64,000 nt of DNA from Dehalococcoidia bacterium (GCA_034436215.1 DAOTVU010000069.1:15918-79917); one strand, 5' to 3'; counted from the stretch's first letter, positions 29,938 through 41,125 are shown. Notes: generated by a model not told the origin, from the letters alone. Program-made: numbers and translations.

Positions 29938-30597
29938 GTGGAATTAGAGGTAATCAATTTAAAAGGCGAAAAAACTGGAAAAATAGAAGTCAGTGATTAT
30001 GTTTTTGGCCAGGCCTTAAACGAAGCTGTGGTACATCAGGCGCTGTTAATGCAGCTGGCTAATCGGCGTCAGGGTACTGCTGATACACAAACGCGGGGTG
30101 ACGTTAGCCGAAGTACTAGGAAAATATACCAGCAAAAACATACCGGTCGCGCGAGGCGCGGGAGCACTACATCGCCGTTGCTGAAGGGCGGTGCCGTAGT
30201 TTTTGGCCCCCATCCGAGAAGTTACAGGCAGAGTATGCCGAAAAAAATGCGAAGATTGGCCCTGCGCTGTGTACTTTCTGCCAAAGTGCGTGACGGTCAG
30301 GTCAGAATACTGGATAAGCTTGATCTTCAGGAACCCAAAACTAAATTTATGGCAGATATTCTAAATTCTGTTGGTATTAACGATACGGCAATTATAGGTC
30401 TTGCACTGGGCAATGATAATATAACAAAGGCATGTTCAAATATACCGGGAATGAAAACCACAATGGTGTCTATGTTAAATGTGGCAGACCTTCTATCATA
30501 TAAAATGCTAGTACTTGATATTGCAGCAGTTAAACGTATAGAAGAATTATGGGATAGCAGCAGGGAGGAGAACAGGCAGACTGCTGAGAAAGCATGA
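29938..30597 (+). CDS. rplD: 50S ribosomal protein L4 (GTG start)
   Basis: Sequence identity to L4. Confidence 0.92.
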   Translation: MELEVINLKGEKTGKIEVSDYVFGQALNEAVVHQALLMQLANRRQGTADTQTRGDVSRSTRKIYQQKHTGRARRGSTTSPLLKGGAVVFGPHPRSYRQSMPKKMRRLALRCVLSAKVRDGQVRILDKLDLQEPKTKFMADILNSVGINDTAIIGLALGNDNITKACSNIPGMKTTMVSMLNVADLLSYKMLVLDIAAVKRIEELWDSSREENRQTAEKA

Positions 30598-30613
30598 AGA
30601 GGTTTTTGTAGAT

Positions 30614-30898
30614 ATGAATATATACGAAGTTATACGCAGACCTCTGGTAACCGAAAAAAGTACCAGGTTGTCTGAATCGGGTAAATACGTATTTGAGATA
30701 GATAAAAAGGCTACTAAGAGCCAGGTTAAAAAAGCGGTGGAAACGGCTTTTAAAGTAAATGTGGTCGATGTAAATATCGTCAAAGTCCCGGGAGAAACCA
30801 AGCGTCTGGGGAGGCGCGAGGTGACCAGACAGCCGTGGAAGAAGGCAGTAGTTACGCTCAAAGCAGGCGATAAAATACAATACTTTGAGGGAGTTTGA
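30614..30898 (+). CDS. rplW: 50S ribosomal protein L23
   Basis: Sequence identity to L23. Confidence 0.93.
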   Translation: MNIYEVIRRPLVTEKSTRLSESGKYVFEIDKKATKSQVKKAVETAFKVNVVDVNIVKVPGETKRLGRREVTRQPWKKAVVTLKAGDKIQYFEGV

Positions 30899-30915
30899 GA
30901 TAACAGGAGTACAAA

Positions 30916-31011
30916 TTGGGTTCTGTTATAAAGAAACGTAAGAAAAAGATGGCGAAACATAAGCATCGAAAGCTTCTAAAAAAGAATCGATGGCAAAGAC
31001 GTCATCCATAA
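30916..31011 (+). CDS. Small basic ribosomal protein, bS22-like (31 aa, TTG start)
   Basis: RBS caGGAGt 6 nt upstream of a TTG start. The product is MGSVIKKRKKKMAKHKHRKLLKKNRWQRRHP, which resembles the mycobacterial/Bacteroidetes bS22 peptide (MGSVIKKRRKRM.KKKHRKLL..R.QRR). It fills the otherwise empty rplW-rplB spacer. It is below the ORF-track length cutoff. Confidence 0.6.
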   Translation: MGSVIKKRKKKMAKHKHRKLLKKNRWQRRHP

Positions 31012-31031
31012 TTAGGTAGGAGTAGTTAGAT

Positions 31032-31862
31032 TTGGCATTAAAGACATTTCGCCCTACATCACCCGGGCGTCGGGGTATGATTAATATAACATTTGATGAT
31101 ATCACAAAGACGGAACCGGAAAAGTCACTTGTTCTGCCTTATAAAAAGAAGGCTGGAAGGAATAGCCGTGGAGTAATAACCACCAGACACCGCGGAGGTG
31201 GTGCCAGGCGCAAAGTACGGATTATCGATTTTAAACGGGATAAGCTCGGTGTGCCGGGGAAAGTAGCTGCTATAGAATACGATCCCGGTAGATCGGCACG
31301 TATCGCTCTGATATTTTACGCAGATGGTGATAAACGGTATATCCTATGCCCACTGGGTTTGACCGTGGGTGATAGCATTATAGCTGGTGATAATGTCGAA
31401 GTAAAACCCGGCAATAACATGCCCATTGGCAATATGCCGGCTGGCACATTGATCCACAATCTCGAGTTTGAGCCGAATAAAGGCGGCCAGATCGTTAGGA
31501 GTGCCGGAGCAGCAGCACAATTACTGGGTAAAGAAGATAGGTATTGTACAGTAAGGTTACCGTCGGGAGAAGTACGGCGGTTTCTAAGCGAATGTAGAGC
31601 AACTATAGGACAGGTGGGTAATCTGGATCATCAGAATATTAAGTTGGGCAAGGCTGGACGTACCCGTTTGTTGGGGAGACGTCCCAAAGTTCGGGGATCA
31701 GCTATGACACCGAGAGATCACCCCCATGGAGGTGGTGAAGGTCGAGCACCGCGAGGAATGGCACCAAAGACGCCAACAGGCAAACCGGCATTGGGTCATA
31801 AGACGCGTGTGAAAAAACCATCGGATAAATTGATTGTGAGAAGGCGTAAAGCCGAAAAGTAA
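31032..31862 (+). CDS. rplB: 50S ribosomal protein L2 (TTG start)
   Basis: Sequence identity to L2. Confidence 0.93.
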   Translation: MALKTFRPTSPGRRGMINITFDDITKTEPEKSLVLPYKKKAGRNSRGVITTRHRGGGARRKVRIIDFKRDKLGVPGKVAAIEYDPGRSARIALIFYADGDKRYILCPLGLTVGDSIIAGDNVEVKPGNNMPIGNMPAGTLIHNLEFEPNKGGQIVRSAGAAAQLLGKEDRYCTVRLPSGEVRRFLSECRATIGQVGNLDHQNIKLGKAGRTRLLGRRPKVRGSAMTPRDHPHGGGEGRAPRGMAPKTPTGKPALGHKTRVKKPSDKLIVRRRKAEK

Positions 31863-31876
31863 GAGGTGGAAAAGAC

Positions 31877-32167
31877 ATGTCACGATCAGCGAAAAAAGGC
31901 CCTTATTGCAATATTAAATTGCTGAAAAGGATTGAAGAAATTAATAAGAAGGGTGAGAAACAGGTGATAAAGACGTGGGCCAGATCATCCACCATAATGC
32001 CTGAAATGATAGGGCATACCATAGGTGTGCATGATGGAAGGAGACATGTACCCATATTTATTACTGAAAATATGGTGGGCCACAAGCTTGGTGAATTTGC
32101 ACTAACTCGTACTTTTCGAGGCCATGTGACCAAAGCGTCAACTGCGGTACCGGCTAAAAAGAAATGA
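31877..32167 (+). CDS. rpsS: 30S ribosomal protein S19
   Basis: Sequence identity to S19. Confidence 0.95.
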   Translation: MSRSAKKGPYCNIKLLKRIEEINKKGEKQVIKTWARSSTIMPEMIGHTIGVHDGRRHVPIFITENMVGHKLGEFALTRTFRGHVTKASTAVPAKKK

Positions 32168-32179
32168 GCAGGATAGGAA

Positions 32180-32518
32180 ATGAGAGTTAAAGCAGTAGCT
32201 AAAGATGTAGGTATATCGCCGCGCAAGGTAAAACTCATTGTCGATATGGTGCGCGGGAAAAAGGTTGAGGAAGCGTTAAATATTTTGAAGTTTGAGCCTT
32301 CTCATGCTGCTAAAGCTGTAGCTAAGGTGATAAAGTCGGCATCCGCCAATGCTGAAAACAATTATCAGATGGATCCTGCAGAATTGAAGATAGTGCAAAT
32401 TTTAGCTGATGAGGGACATACATTAAAAAGATACAGGCCCCAATCAAGAGGGCGTTTCAGCCCCATCCTGAGGCGTTCCACTCATGTAAAAGTATTTGTC
32501 TCCGAGGAGGAAAAATAA
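32180..32518 (+). CDS. rplV: 50S ribosomal protein L22
   Basis: Sequence identity to L22. Confidence 0.93.
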   Translation: MRVKAVAKDVGISPRKVKLIVDMVRGKKVEEALNILKFEPSHAAKAVAKVIKSASANAENNYQMDPAELKIVQILADEGHTLKRYRPQSRGRFSPILRRSTHVKVFVSEEEK

Positions 32519-33190
32519 GTGGGACATAAAGTTCACCCGTATGGATTCCGAATAGGTATTATAAGGGGCTGGAAAGCCAAATGGTATGACGAAAAGCACT
32601 ACCTTGAGGCGTTGCACGATGATCTTAAATTAAGGAAAGCTATACAGGATAGGCTTCGGGAAGGCGCTGTGGCCAGAGTTGAGATTGATCGTCAGGGGAA
32701 TGATATAGTGGTTACCATTCATACCGCCAGGCCGGGTATTGTCATCGGTCGCGGAGGCCAGCGCGCTGAAGAACTCAGAGCTGATCTGGAGAAAATATGT
32801 GGCAAGAAGGTTAAATTATCTATTAAAGAGGTGGAGCAACCCGAACTTGAGGCCTCTCTGGTTGCACGCAATATTGCGGATTCGCTGGAACGTAGAGTGG
32901 CTTTCAGACGTGCCATGAAGCAGGCGGCGTTCAAGACAAGGCAGGCTGGTGCAAAGGGCATTAAAATAAGCTGTGCCGGCCGGCTGGGCGGTGCCGAAAT
33001 CGCCAGACGTGAAACCATCCACGAAGGACAATTGCCTCTACATACACTTACTGCGGATATTGACTATGGGTTTGCTGAGGCCGCTACTACCATGGGAAAT
33101 ATCGGTGTTAAAGTATGGATTTATAAGGGCAACATAATACCTGAAGTAAGGAGAGAAAGTGTTACAACCGAAACGAGTGAAGTATCGTAA
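32519..33190 (+). CDS. rpsC: 30S ribosomal protein S3 (GTG start)
   Basis: KH domain [11 protein letters not shown]... Confidence 0.93.
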   Translation: MGHKVHPYGFRIGIIRGWKAKWYDEKHYLEALHDDLKLRKAIQDRLREGAVARVEIDRQGNDIVVTIHTARPGIVIGRGGQRAEELRADLEKICGKKVKLSIKEVEQPELEASLVARNIADSLERRVAFRRAMKQAAFKTRQAGAKGIKISCAGRLGGAEIARRETIHEGQLPLHTLTADIDYGFAEAATTMGNIGVKVWIYKGNIIPEVRRESVTTETSEVS

Positions 33191-33599
33191 ATGCCAGCGC
33201 GGCCATCTGAGGGGTAAGGCACAGTCAGGTAATAAGATTGTGTTCGGCGACTTCGGTATGCAGGCCGAAGAAGCACACTGGATAACTGCCCGCCAGATCG
33301 AAGCTGCCAGACGTGTCATTGTACGATACCTGCGTAGGGGCGGTCAGCTTTGGATACGTATTTTCCCCGATAAGTCTGTTACTAAAAAGCCTGCAGAAAC
33401 CCGCATGGGAAGCGGCAAGGGATCGGTTGATCACTGGGTAGCGGTGGTTAAGCCCGGCCGTGTACTATTCGAGATAGGGGGAATTAAGGAAAATATGGCA
33501 AAGGAAGCAATTACCCTGGCAGGTTACAAACTGCCGATTAAAACCAGATTTATTGTACGTGAAACTCTTAAAGAAGAGGTTAAAGGTGAAACTCGCTGA
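33159..33599 (+). CDS. rplP: 50S ribosomal protein L16
   Basis: [15 protein letters not shown]. Confidence 0.93.
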   Translation: MLQPKRVKYRKCQRGHLRGKAQSGNKIVFGDFGMQAEEAHWITARQIEAARRVIVRYLRRGGQLWIRIFPDKSVTKKPAETRMGSGKGSVDHWVAVVKPGRVLFEIGGIKENMAKEAITLAGYKLPIKTRFIVRETLKEEVKGETR

Positions 33600-33783
33600 A
33601 ATAAAGGCTTTGAGTGATAGTGAACTTCGTAAAAAACTGGAAGAAGCTCACCAGGAGCTGTTTAACCTGCGACTTAAGCTCGCTACCAGACAGCTTACGA
33701 ATCACAGGGAATTGCATAAAGTTAAATTGAGAATAGCCAGATTGAATACAATTATACGCGAGCGTGAGCTTGGTAAGAAGTGA
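33586..33783 (+). CDS. rpmC: 50S ribosomal protein L29 (GTG start overlapping the end of rplP)
   Basis: [29 protein letters not shown]. The RBS AAGAGG lies 8 nt upstream. The ORF-track start at 33553 would add a non-homologous 11-aa extension. Confidence 0.85.
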   Translation: MKLAEIKALSDSELRKKLEEAHQELFNLRLKLATRQLTNHRELHKVKLRIARLNTIIRERELGKK

Positions 33784-33788
33784 TAATT

Positions 33789-34088
33789 ATGTATAAGAAT
33801 CGCAAAATCAGAATAGGTAAAGTTATCAGCAATAAAATGCAGAAGACCGTGGTTGTGCAGGTCGAAGAGCTGCGCAGACATCCTCTTTACAAAAAGGTTG
33901 TCAGGCATAAATCGAATTTTAAAGTCCATGATGAAAACAATACCTGCAATATAGGTGACACGGTTAAGATAGTCGAGACAAGGCCACTTTCAAAAGAAAA
34001 AAGATGGCGTATCGTTGAAATCGTTAAAAAGGCCGATGTTGTAGGTGCTATAAAAGATGATTTAGCACCAATAAACCAGGAGAGTTGA
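33789..34088 (+). CDS. rpsQ: 30S ribosomal protein S17
   Basis: [23 protein letters not shown]. An alternative GTG start at 33780 is possible. Confidence 0.88.
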   Translation: MYKNRKIRIGKVISNKMQKTVVVQVEELRRHPLYKKVVRHKSNFKVHDENNTCNIGDTVKIVETRPLSKEKRWRIVEIVKKADVVGAIKDDLAPINQES

Positions 34089-34089
34089 A

Positions 34090-34458
34090 GTGATTCAACC
34101 TTATACCAGACTTAAAGTTGCAGATAACACTGGTGCCCGTCAGATAATGTGTATAGGGGTTCCCGGGGGAACGCGACGGCGCTACGCTACAGTTGGTGAT
34201 GTTATCACCTGTAGCGTTAAACGTGCTATACCCGGTGGTGTGGTAAAAAAGGGCGATGTGGTTAAAGCGGTGATTGTTAGAATTGCTCATCATTACCACA
34301 GACCAGATGGTACATATGTACGCTTTGACGATAATGCTGCCGTTATACTTGATGATAAGGGTAATCCCAAAGGTACTCGCATTTTCGGTCCGGTAGCGAG
34401 GGAGCTCAGAGATAAAAATTTTATGAAGATTATATCTCTTGCACCTGAGGTGCTTTAA
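34090..34458 (+). CDS. rplN: 50S ribosomal protein L14 (GTG start)
   Basis: [16 protein letters not shown]. Confidence 0.95.
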   Translation: MIQPYTRLKVADNTGARQIMCIGVPGGTRRRYATVGDVITCSVKRAIPGGVVKKGDVVKAVIVRIAHHYHRPDGTYVRFDDNAAVILDDKGNPKGTRIFGPVARELRDKNFMKIISLAPEVL

Positions 34459-34459
34459 A

Positions 34460-34771
34460 ATGAAAATTCGTAAGAATGACAATGTTCTTATTATAACCGG
34501 CAAGGATAAAGGTAAGAAGGGCAAAGTGCGTAAGGCTCTGCCCGATAAAGATTGTGTGATTGTTGAAGGCTTGAACCTGATCAAAAGACATTCTAAGACC
34601 AAGGGAAAGACAAGGCAGGCCGGCATTATAGAGTTGGAAGCTCCAGTGCATGTTTCCAACGTAATGCTGATTTGCAACAAATGCAATAAGCCAACTAGGG
34701 TAGGATATAGAAAACTTGAAGATGGCAAAAGGGTCAGGTACTGCCATATTTGCTCGGAGATCATTGATTAG
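34460..34771 (+). CDS. rplX: 50S ribosomal protein L24 with a C-terminal C4 zinc-ribbon-like motif
   Basis: MKIRKNDNVLIITGKDKGKKGKV, with RBS GAGGTG 8 nt upstream. The C-terminus reads ...LICNKCNKPTRVGYRKLEDGKRVRYCHICSEIID. Confidence 0.9.
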   Translation: MKIRKNDNVLIITGKDKGKKGKVRKALPDKDCVIVEGLNLIKRHSKTKGKTRQAGIIELEAPVHVSNVMLICNKCNKPTRVGYRKLEDGKRVRYCHICSEIID

Positions 34772-34789
34772 ACTGAGGTAACCGGATAA

Positions 34790-35332
34790 ATGGCAAGGCT
34801 AAAAGAAAAATATAAAAAAGAAATTGTTCCGTTGCTGATTAAGAAGTACGGGTATAAAAACGTCATGGAAGTTCCTCGCCTTACTAAAATCGTATTAAAT
34901 ATGGGCATGGGTGAATCACTAACCAATGCCAAAGCTTTTGAAGCAGCTGAAAAAGATTTGATGGCCATAACGGGGCAGCATCCAGTCATAACCAAAGCAA
35001 AGCGATCAATCGCTGCTTTTAAACTTCGCGCCGGCGTGCCTATTGGTATGATGGTGACTTTGCGCGATCGACGTATGTACGAGTTCATGGACAAATTAGT
35101 CAGCGTGGTGCTACCGCGCATACGAGATTTTCAGGGCGTGCCAAGAGATTCTTTTGATGGTCAGGGGAATTACACGCTCGGCATGAAGGAACAGATCGTT
35201 TTCCCCGAGATCGAGTATGATAAGGTTGATAAAATCAGGGGCATGGAAATAACCATCGTTACCACAGCCAAAACGGATGAAGACGGCAGACGCCTGCTTG
35301 AAGCTATGGGAATGCCGTTTAAGAAAAATTAG
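34790..35332 (+). CDS. rplE: 50S ribosomal protein L5
   Basis: Sequence identity to L5. Confidence 0.93.
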   Translation: MARLKEKYKKEIVPLLIKKYGYKNVMEVPRLTKIVLNMGMGESLTNAKAFEAAEKDLMAITGQHPVITKAKRSIAAFKLRAGVPIGMMVTLRDRRMYEFMDKLVSVVLPRIRDFQGVPRDSFDGQGNYTLGMKEQIVFPEIEYDKVDKIRGMEITIVTTAKTDEDGRRLLEAMGMPFKKN

Positions 35333-35345
35333 ATCAGGGAATATA

Positions 35346-35531
35346 ATGGCGAAGACTTGTAAGATAATAAAAGCGAATCGACCCCCGAAATTCAGGGTGC
35401 AGCAGCATAACCGCTGCAAATTGTGCGGAAGGCCTAGGGCGTATATCAGAAAATTCGGCATTTGCCGTATATGTTTCCGCACACTGGCACTCAATGGAGA
35501 ACTTCCGGGAGTCAGAAAATCGAGCTGGTAA
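35346..35531 (+). CDS. rpsN: 30S ribosomal protein S14, type Z (zinc-binding, 61 aa)
   Basis: [45 protein letters not shown]. The ORF-track start at 35277 gives an implausible extension. Confidence 0.92.
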   Translation: MAKTCKIIKANRPPKFRVQQHNRCKLCGRPRAYIRKFGICRICFRTLALNGELPGVRKSSW

Positions 35532-35556
35532 TATACGTTAGCGGAGTTGTTTATCG

Positions 35557-35949
35557 ATGGTTACTGATCCGATTGCTGATTTATTAACACGATTACGTAA
35601 TGCTGCTATGGCAGGCCATGATAGCGTTACTGTCCCCGCATCAAAAATGAAAATATCTATTACTAAAATATTGAAGGACGAAGGTTTTATTGCCGATTAT
35701 TCCATTATCAAAGGTGATTCGCACAGGCTGATAAAAATAGTGCTCAAGTATATCGATAAACGACCGGCATTTGCAGGTATTGAGCGGGTAAGTAAACCCG
35801 GCCTCAGGATCTATGCTGGTAGAAAGGAAATACCCAGAGTTTATGGGGGTCTCGGCATTGCGATATTATCTACCCCGCAAGGGGTGATGACCGGTCAGGA
35901 AGCCTGGAAAAAGAACCTGGGTGGCGAGATATTATGTTACGTATGGTAA
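35557..35949 (+). CDS. rpsH: 30S ribosomal protein S8
   Basis: Sequence identity to S8. Confidence 0.93.
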   Translation: MVTDPIADLLTRLRNAAMAGHDSVTVPASKMKISITKILKDEGFIADYSIIKGDSHRLIKIVLKYIDKRPAFAGIERVSKPGLRIYAGRKEIPRVYGGLGIAILSTPQGVMTGQEAWKKNLGGEILCYVW

Positions 35950-35971
35950 ATGCATACTGTGAGGTGAAACC

Positions 35972-36526
35972 GTGTCACGTATAGGACGAATGCCTATAGT
36001 TGTACCTTCGGGGGTGAAGGTAAATATACAGGGCAGGGAAGTAACAGTCGAGGGCAAAAAGGGAAAATTAACCCGCGTGTTTCATCCTGATATAAGTATC
36101 AGGCAGGATGGCGATAAGCTCATTGTGGAACGTTCCGGTGACGGTCGATTGCAGCGTTCGTTACATGGGTTGAGCAGATCTCTCCTATCCAACATGGTTG
36201 AAGGCGTAACAAAAGGGTTTGAAAAAAACCTGGAGTTAACCGGTGTTGGCTATAGGGCGCAGAAAACGGGAAATAAGCTGAGTTTGCAGGTTGGCTACAG
36301 CCATCCGGTTGAATATGAACCTCATCCAGGGATTGATATTGCCGTGGATGGTACCAACAAGATACGTATTACCGGGATTAATAAAGAACTGGTTGGCGAG
36401 ACGGCAGCCGAGATTAGACGGATACGTATACCCGATTCTTATAAGGGTAAAGGCATAAAATACGTTAATGAGAAGCTCAGGATCAAACCCGGCAAAGCTG
36501 GTAAAACTGCAACCAAAGGGAAGTAA
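35972..36526 (+). CDS. rplF: 50S ribosomal protein L6 (GTG start)
   Basis: Sequence identity to L6. Confidence 0.93.
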   Translation: MSRIGRMPIVVPSGVKVNIQGREVTVEGKKGKLTRVFHPDISIRQDGDKLIVERSGDGRLQRSLHGLSRSLLSNMVEGVTKGFEKNLELTGVGYRAQKTGNKLSLQVGYSHPVEYEPHPGIDIAVDGTNKIRITGINKELVGETAAEIRRIRIPDSYKGKGIKYVNEKLRIKPGKAGKTATKGK

Positions 36527-36528
36527 AC

Positions 36529-36894
36529 ATGTCTAAAATTAATGCTGTTACAGCCAGAAAAAGAAGGCATGACCGTATAAGAGGTAAAATTTCCGGTACA
36601 CCTTCTCGTCCTCGATTGTGTGTATTTCGGAGTTTAAATCATATCTATGCACAGATAATCGATGATGTCGGCGGTAAAACCGTCACTTCTGCAGGTAGCC
36701 TGAGTGAGGAAATAAAGAAACAGGTTGAGGGTAAAACCAAAACTCAGGTTGCGGAGATAGTCGGTACAACAGTGGCTGAGGCCGCACTTAATAAGGGAAT
36801 AAAGGAAGTCGTTTTTGACCGCGGGGGTTATAAATATCAGGGTAGAGTAAAAGCCCTGGCTGAAGCTGCACGTAAAGCAGGGTTAAAATTCTGA
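36529..36894 (+). CDS. rplR: 50S ribosomal protein L18
   Basis: Sequence identity to L18. Confidence 0.93.
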   Translation: MSKINAVTARKRRHDRIRGKISGTPSRPRLCVFRSLNHIYAQIIDDVGGKTVTSAGSLSEEIKKQVEGKTKTQVAEIVGTTVAEAALNKGIKEVVFDRGGYKYQGRVKALAEAARKAGLKF

Positions 36895-36904
36895 GGATTA
36901 GAAT

Positions 36905-37435
36905 ATGAAAGCAATAACAAAGATTCATGTCCCGGTTGGCAGGCTGGATACCAGCGATATGGAGTTTAATGAAAAATTGGTAGCCTTGGACCGTGTCACC
37001 AAGGTGGTCAAGGGCGGCAAGAATATGCATTTTCGTGCACTCGTGGTAGTGGGTGATGGCAGGGGGCATGTAGGAGTTGGACTTGGTAAAGCCAGAGAGG
37101 TCCCCGAAGCCATACGAAAAGCCGGTGTAGCGGCCAGGAAAAATATTATCAGTGTGGTATTCAAGGGAAGTACTATCCCACACGAAAGCCTTGCTAAATT
37201 TGGAGCTGCCAAAGTTTTGTTGAAACCCGCACCGCCGGGCACCGGTGTTATTGCGGGTGGTGGAGTGCGTGCAGTAGTTGAGTTGGCTGGGGTCAAAGAT
37301 ATCCTGACCAAATCATTGGGCTGCGCCAACCCCGTTAACGTCACCAAAGCTACAGTTATTGCATTGGCCAACTTACGGGATCCTCAAACGACCGTTAAGC
37401 TCAGAAAAGAACAAACCGATACCGAGGAGAATTAA
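36905..37435 (+). CDS. rpsE: 30S ribosomal protein S5
   Basis: Sequence identity to S5. Confidence 0.93.
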   Translation: MKAITKIHVPVGRLDTSDMEFNEKLVALDRVTKVVKGGKNMHFRALVVVGDGRGHVGVGLGKAREVPEAIRKAGVAARKNIISVVFKGSTIPHESLAKFGAAKVLLKPAPPGTGVIAGGGVRAVVELAGVKDILTKSLGCANPVNVTKATVIALANLRDPQTTVKLRKEQTDTEEN

Positions 37436-37439
37436 GCAG

Positions 37440-37634
37440 GTGGCCAAGATACGTATTAAATGGATAAAAAGTGATATAGGATATTCCGAAGACCAAAAGA
37501 ATACGATCAGAGCGCTTGGCTTTCATAAACTTAATCAGGTGGTCGAAAAAGAAGATACTCCGGCAATCAGGGGCATGATTGCCAAGGTTAATCACCTTTT
37601 ATTTGTAGAAGAGAACGAAGATGGATCAGAGTAA
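37440..37634 (+). CDS. rpmD: 50S ribosomal protein L30 (GTG start)
   Basis: [15 protein letters not shown]...[26 protein letters not shown]. The ORF-track start at 37359 overlaps rpsE in another frame. Confidence 0.85.
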   Translation: MAKIRIKWIKSDIGYSEDQKNTIRALGFHKLNQVVEKEDTPAIRGMIAKVNHLLFVEENEDGSE

Positions 37635-38064
37635 TTTGAAGTCTCCTCCGGGAGCAAGGCATAAAAGAAAACGCGTGGGCTGTGGGGATGGCAGTGGGCA
37701 TGGAACGTACTCTACCCGCGGATGTAAAGGACAGAAATCAAGATCAGGTAGAGATCTTCGGCCCGGTTTCGAAGGTGGCCAGATTCCCATAATAAAGCGA
37801 TTACCTTGGAAAAGGGGCTTCACCAATGTCGCTAAAACTAAATATTCGATAATTAATGTTGGCGACTTACGATTGTTCGATGCCGGCGAAGAAGTTGACC
37901 TTCCCAGATTAATAGCTTGCGGATTGATCAGGTCGGACAGATATCCCCTGAAGATACTGGGAAATGGTGTGATTGACAGACCGTTGATAGTCAGAGCCAA
38001 TAAGTTTTCACAGACGGCTATAACCAAGATCGAAAGCGCCGGTGGCAAAGTAGAGGAGATCTAA
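37621..38064 (+). CDS. rplO: 50S ribosomal protein L15
   Basis: Sequence identity to L15. Confidence 0.93.
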   Translation: MDQSNLKSPPGARHKRKRVGCGDGSGHGTYSTRGCKGQKSRSGRDLRPGFEGGQIPIIKRLPWKRGFTNVAKTKYSIINVGDLRLFDAGEEVDLPRLIACGLIRSDRYPLKILGNGVIDRPLIVRANKFSQTAITKIESAGGKVEEI

Positions 38065-38065
38065 T

Positions 38066-39382
38066 ATGCCGCAGACACAGACAAGGCCACGCCTGATCCA
38101 GGCAATGATAGATGCGTTTACGTTGCCGGATCTCAGGCAGAAATTGCTGTTTACATTTGCAATACTGGTGGTCTTCCGATTTATTGCACATGTTCCCATC
38201 CCCGGGGTGGACCTGGCAGCTTTGCAAAAAATATTTGAACGAAGTCAATTGCTGGGTATGCTCGACCTGTTTAGCGGTGGCGCTATGCGTACTTTCAGCG
38301 TGGCTGCTATGGGCGTATATCCCTATATCACCTCCTCGATTATTATGCAGTTGCTTGTGCCGGTTATACCAGCTCTGCGCAGGCTTTCCGAGGAAGGCGA
38401 ATCCGGACGCAACAGGATTAACCAGTTCACGCACTGGCTCACAGTACCCCTGGCAGCATTGCAGGGTTATGCCCAGCTGCAATTGCTGCGCAGTCAGGGC
38501 GGGGTGCTCAATCTAGGGCCACTGGAGACGATTGGAACAGTTGCTTCTTTAACTGCGGGTACAATGTTGTGTGTTTGGCTGGGCGAGTTGATTACCGAAC
38601 GTGGCATAGGAAATGGTGTATCGATCATTATATTTGGTGGCATCATAGCTGGTTTGCCCGAGCAGATAGGACGAGGATTTATAGCCAAGGATAACTGGGC
38701 AGGAGTAGTTGCATTTGCACTATTGGCGCTTCTGACTGTCGTGCTTATCGTTATATTCACCGAAGGCCATCGCCGCATACCGGTTCAATATGCACGTACC
38801 GCTTTTCGCGGTGGTAAAATGTACCGCCAGGCAGGCTCCACTTATATTCCATTGCGTGTAAATATGGCAGGCATGATACCGCTGATTTTTGCCATGTCAC
38901 TGATGATTTTCCCCGGCACAATTGCCAGCTATTTTGCAGCTCCCCCGGGTCAGGAAGGGAATTTTGCCAATGCGGTGATGGAATGGTTCAGCCCCAGTAC
39001 AGCCGCACCTATAGGTTTATTTTACTGGGTGTTGTATTTTCTGCTGGTAGTAGGTTTCACATTCTTTTACACCATGGTTATTTTTGAGCAGATGGATCTG
39101 GCGAGAACTTTGCAAAGACAGAGCGGTTTTATCCCGGGTGTTAGGCCGGGTAAGCCGACGACAGATTATTTGAATAATGTTATTAATCGTTTAACGTGGG
39201 GCGGAGCACTATTTCTGGCCGTAGTTGCCATTATGCCGTTTTTTGCGCGGGAGATAACTAATACGACTATTCTGACCCTGTCAAGCACGGGTATTCTAAT
39301 CGTTGTGGGTGTAGCGCTTGATACTATGAAACAGATTGAAGCGCAGCTTACCATGCGGCGCTATGAAGGTTTCTTGAAATAA
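38066..39382 (+). CDS. secY: Preprotein translocase subunit SecY
   Basis: 438 aa with 10 TM segments and SecY motifs. Confidence 0.95.
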   Translation: MPQTQTRPRLIQAMIDAFTLPDLRQKLLFTFAILVVFRFIAHVPIPGVDLAALQKIFERSQLLGMLDLFSGGAMRTFSVAAMGVYPYITSSIIMQLLVPVIPALRRLSEEGESGRNRINQFTHWLTVPLAALQGYAQLQLLRSQGGVLNLGPLETIGTVASLTAGTMLCVWLGELITERGIGNGVSIIIFGGIIAGLPEQIGRGFIAKDNWAGVVAFALLALLTVVLIVIFTEGHRRIPVQYARTAFRGGKMYRQAGSTYIPLRVNMAGMIPLIFAMSLMIFPGTIASYFAAPPGQEGNFANAVMEWFSPSTAAPIGLFYWVLYFLLVVGFTFFYTMVIFEQMDLARTLQRQSGFIPGVRPGKPTTDYLNNVINRLTWGGALFLAVVAIMPFFAREITNTTILTLSSTGILIVVGVALDTMKQIEAQLTMRRYEGFLK

Positions 39383-39396
39383 GGAGGATATAGAAT

Positions 39397-40053
39397 ATGT
39401 TCTTTGTTTTACTAGGAGCGCCCGGGGCTGGGAAAGGTACTCAGGCGGATATCATAGTTAAAGAGATGTCTTTGCCGCATGTTGCGTCGGGAGATTTATT
39501 TCGAAATGCCCTTAAAAATGGCACCGAACTGGGAAAGCAGGCGGAAGCCTATATGAAAGAAGGAAAACTGGTTCCGGATGAGATAACGATAAAGATGATA
39601 CTTGAGCGTATAGCAAAGCCGGATTGTAAGTACGGATGTGTATTCGATGGGTTCCCCCGAACTCTTGAGCAGGCGAAGGCCCTCGATGACGCTCTGGAAA
39701 AACAGGGGAAATCTATTGAAAAGGCTATATACATTGAAGTCCCGGAAGAGGCTCTGCTGGACAGGCTTACCGGACGATATATTTGCCGAGTATGTCAGAC
39801 ACCGTATCATAAAAAAAATTCTCCTCCCAAGAAAGAAGGTGTATGCGATAAATGCGGGGGAGAACTTTATCAGCGGACCGACGATAAGGAAGAGACAATA
39901 CGTGAGCGATTAAAGGTCTATTTTGTCCAGACGATGCCCCTGCTGAAATACTACGAGAAAAAAGGTAAGTTGCTGCGGATCAACGGTAACCAGCATATTG
40001 ATGAGGTCAGCAGGGAAATAATAAGATACCTTAAAGGACTGCAGAAGAAATAA
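39397..40053 (+). CDS. adk: Adenylate kinase (zinc-lid type)
   Basis: GAPGAGKGTQA P-loop, and the lid CRVC...CDKCG. Confidence 0.93.
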   Translation: MFFVLLGAPGAGKGTQADIIVKEMSLPHVASGDLFRNALKNGTELGKQAEAYMKEGKLVPDEITIKMILERIAKPDCKYGCVFDGFPRTLEQAKALDDALEKQGKSIEKAIYIEVPEEALLDRLTGRYICRVCQTPYHKKNSPPKKEGVCDKCGGELYQRTDDKEETIRERLKVYFVQTMPLLKYYEKKGKLLRINGNQHIDEVSREIIRYLKGLQKK

Positions 40054-40058
40054 AGCAA

Positions 40059-40808
40059 ATGACTATCATCAAAACGGCCGAAGAAATTGCCATAATGCGC
40101 CAGGCCGGGAGAATTGTTGCCATAATATTGCAGAAAATGAGTGAGGCGGTTAAGCCGGGAATTAAAACAAGGCAGCTTAATGATCTTGCTGATAGAGAGT
40201 TGAGCAAGTTCGATTCAGCACGTGCATCATTCAAGGGCTACCAGAACTTCCCGGCCAGCATCTGCGTATCGGTTAATGACGAAATAGTTCACGGGATACC
40301 CGGCAACAGGGTGTTGCATGAGGGCGATATAGTGTCACTGGATTTCGGGGTAATTTATAAAGGATTTCAGGGTGATGCTGCGTTGACTGTTGGCGTTGGC
40401 AGGATTACCGCGGAGGCTGCCCGATTGATAGATGTAACCAGAATGGCACTTGATAAGGGCATAGCTGCAGCACGAGATGGCGGAAACCTGGGAGACATAG
40501 GCGAAGCTATACAAAGCTATGTTGAAGCACATGGTTATAATGTGGTCAGGGAGTATTCGGGGCATGGCATAGGCAGGGATATGCATGAAGACCCTTTGGT
40601 TCCGAATTTCGGTAGAAAGGGCGAGGGTATTAGATTGAAGGCAGGTATGACTCTCGCACTGGAACCAATGGTAAATGCGGGTACCTGGAAAACGAGGCTG
40701 AGTTCCAATGGATGGACGGTGCACACTGCCGACGGCAGCCTGTCAGCCCACTATGAACATACAATTGCTATAAGAAAAGAGGAGACTGAAATACTGACAT
40801 TGTTGTAA
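40059..40808 (+). CDS. map: Methionine aminopeptidase type I
   Basis: Sequence identity to MetAP-I. Confidence 0.93.
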   Translation: MTIIKTAEEIAIMRQAGRIVAIILQKMSEAVKPGIKTRQLNDLADRELSKFDSARASFKGYQNFPASICVSVNDEIVHGIPGNRVLHEGDIVSLDFGVIYKGFQGDAALTVGVGRITAEAARLIDVTRMALDKGIAAARDGGNLGDIGEAIQSYVEAHGYNVVREYSGHGIGRDMHEDPLVPNFGRKGEGIRLKAGMTLALEPMVNAGTWKTRLSSNGWTVHTADGSLSAHYEHTIAIRKEETEILTLL

Positions 40809-40818
40809 AATTCAATAT

Positions 40819-41037
40819 ATGGAAAAGAAAGAAGCTATAGAGGTCGAAGGAACTGTAATTGAGTCGCTACCCAATGCTACGTTCAGGGTAGAGTTGGCCA
40901 ACGGTCATAAAGTACTGGCGCATATATCCGGAAAAATGAGGCGGCATTACATACGGATCTTACCGGCAGACAAAGTGCTGGTAGAGCTTTCACCGTATGA
41001 CCTTACCAGGGGCCGGATTACTTACCGATTCAAATAG
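40819..41037 (+). CDS. infA: Translation initiation factor IF-1
   Basis: 72 aa with an S1-like domain. Confidence 0.95.
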   Translation: MEKKEAIEVEGTVIESLPNATFRVELANGHKVLAHISGKMRRHYIRILPADKVLVELSPYDLTRGRITYRFK

Positions 41038-41058
41038 TTCTCGCAGCCTGGCTTTATT

Positions 41059-41087
41059 TTGACATAAAGTGAGTAAAGGATTATATT
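41059..41087 (+). promoter_or_regulatory. Internal sigma70-type promoter: TTGACA, 17-nt spacer, TATATT, ahead of rpmJ-rpsM-rpsK-rpsD-rpoA-rplQ
   Basis: Read directly from the sequence. It shares the 16-mer ttattttgacataaag with the fmt promoter at 1522. Confidence 0.5.
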
Positions 41088-41125
41088 ATTAGACGGTTTT
41101 TTTAAAAATAGGGATGTGATCGGAA

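Noticed and set aside
26863-37439. Long N-terminal extensions in the ORF track for fusA (26863), rpmC (33553), rplX (34439), rpsN (35277) and rpmD (37359)
   Set aside because: The extensions overlap upstream genes in other frames and lack homology. Internal starts with an RBS give canonical protein lengths.
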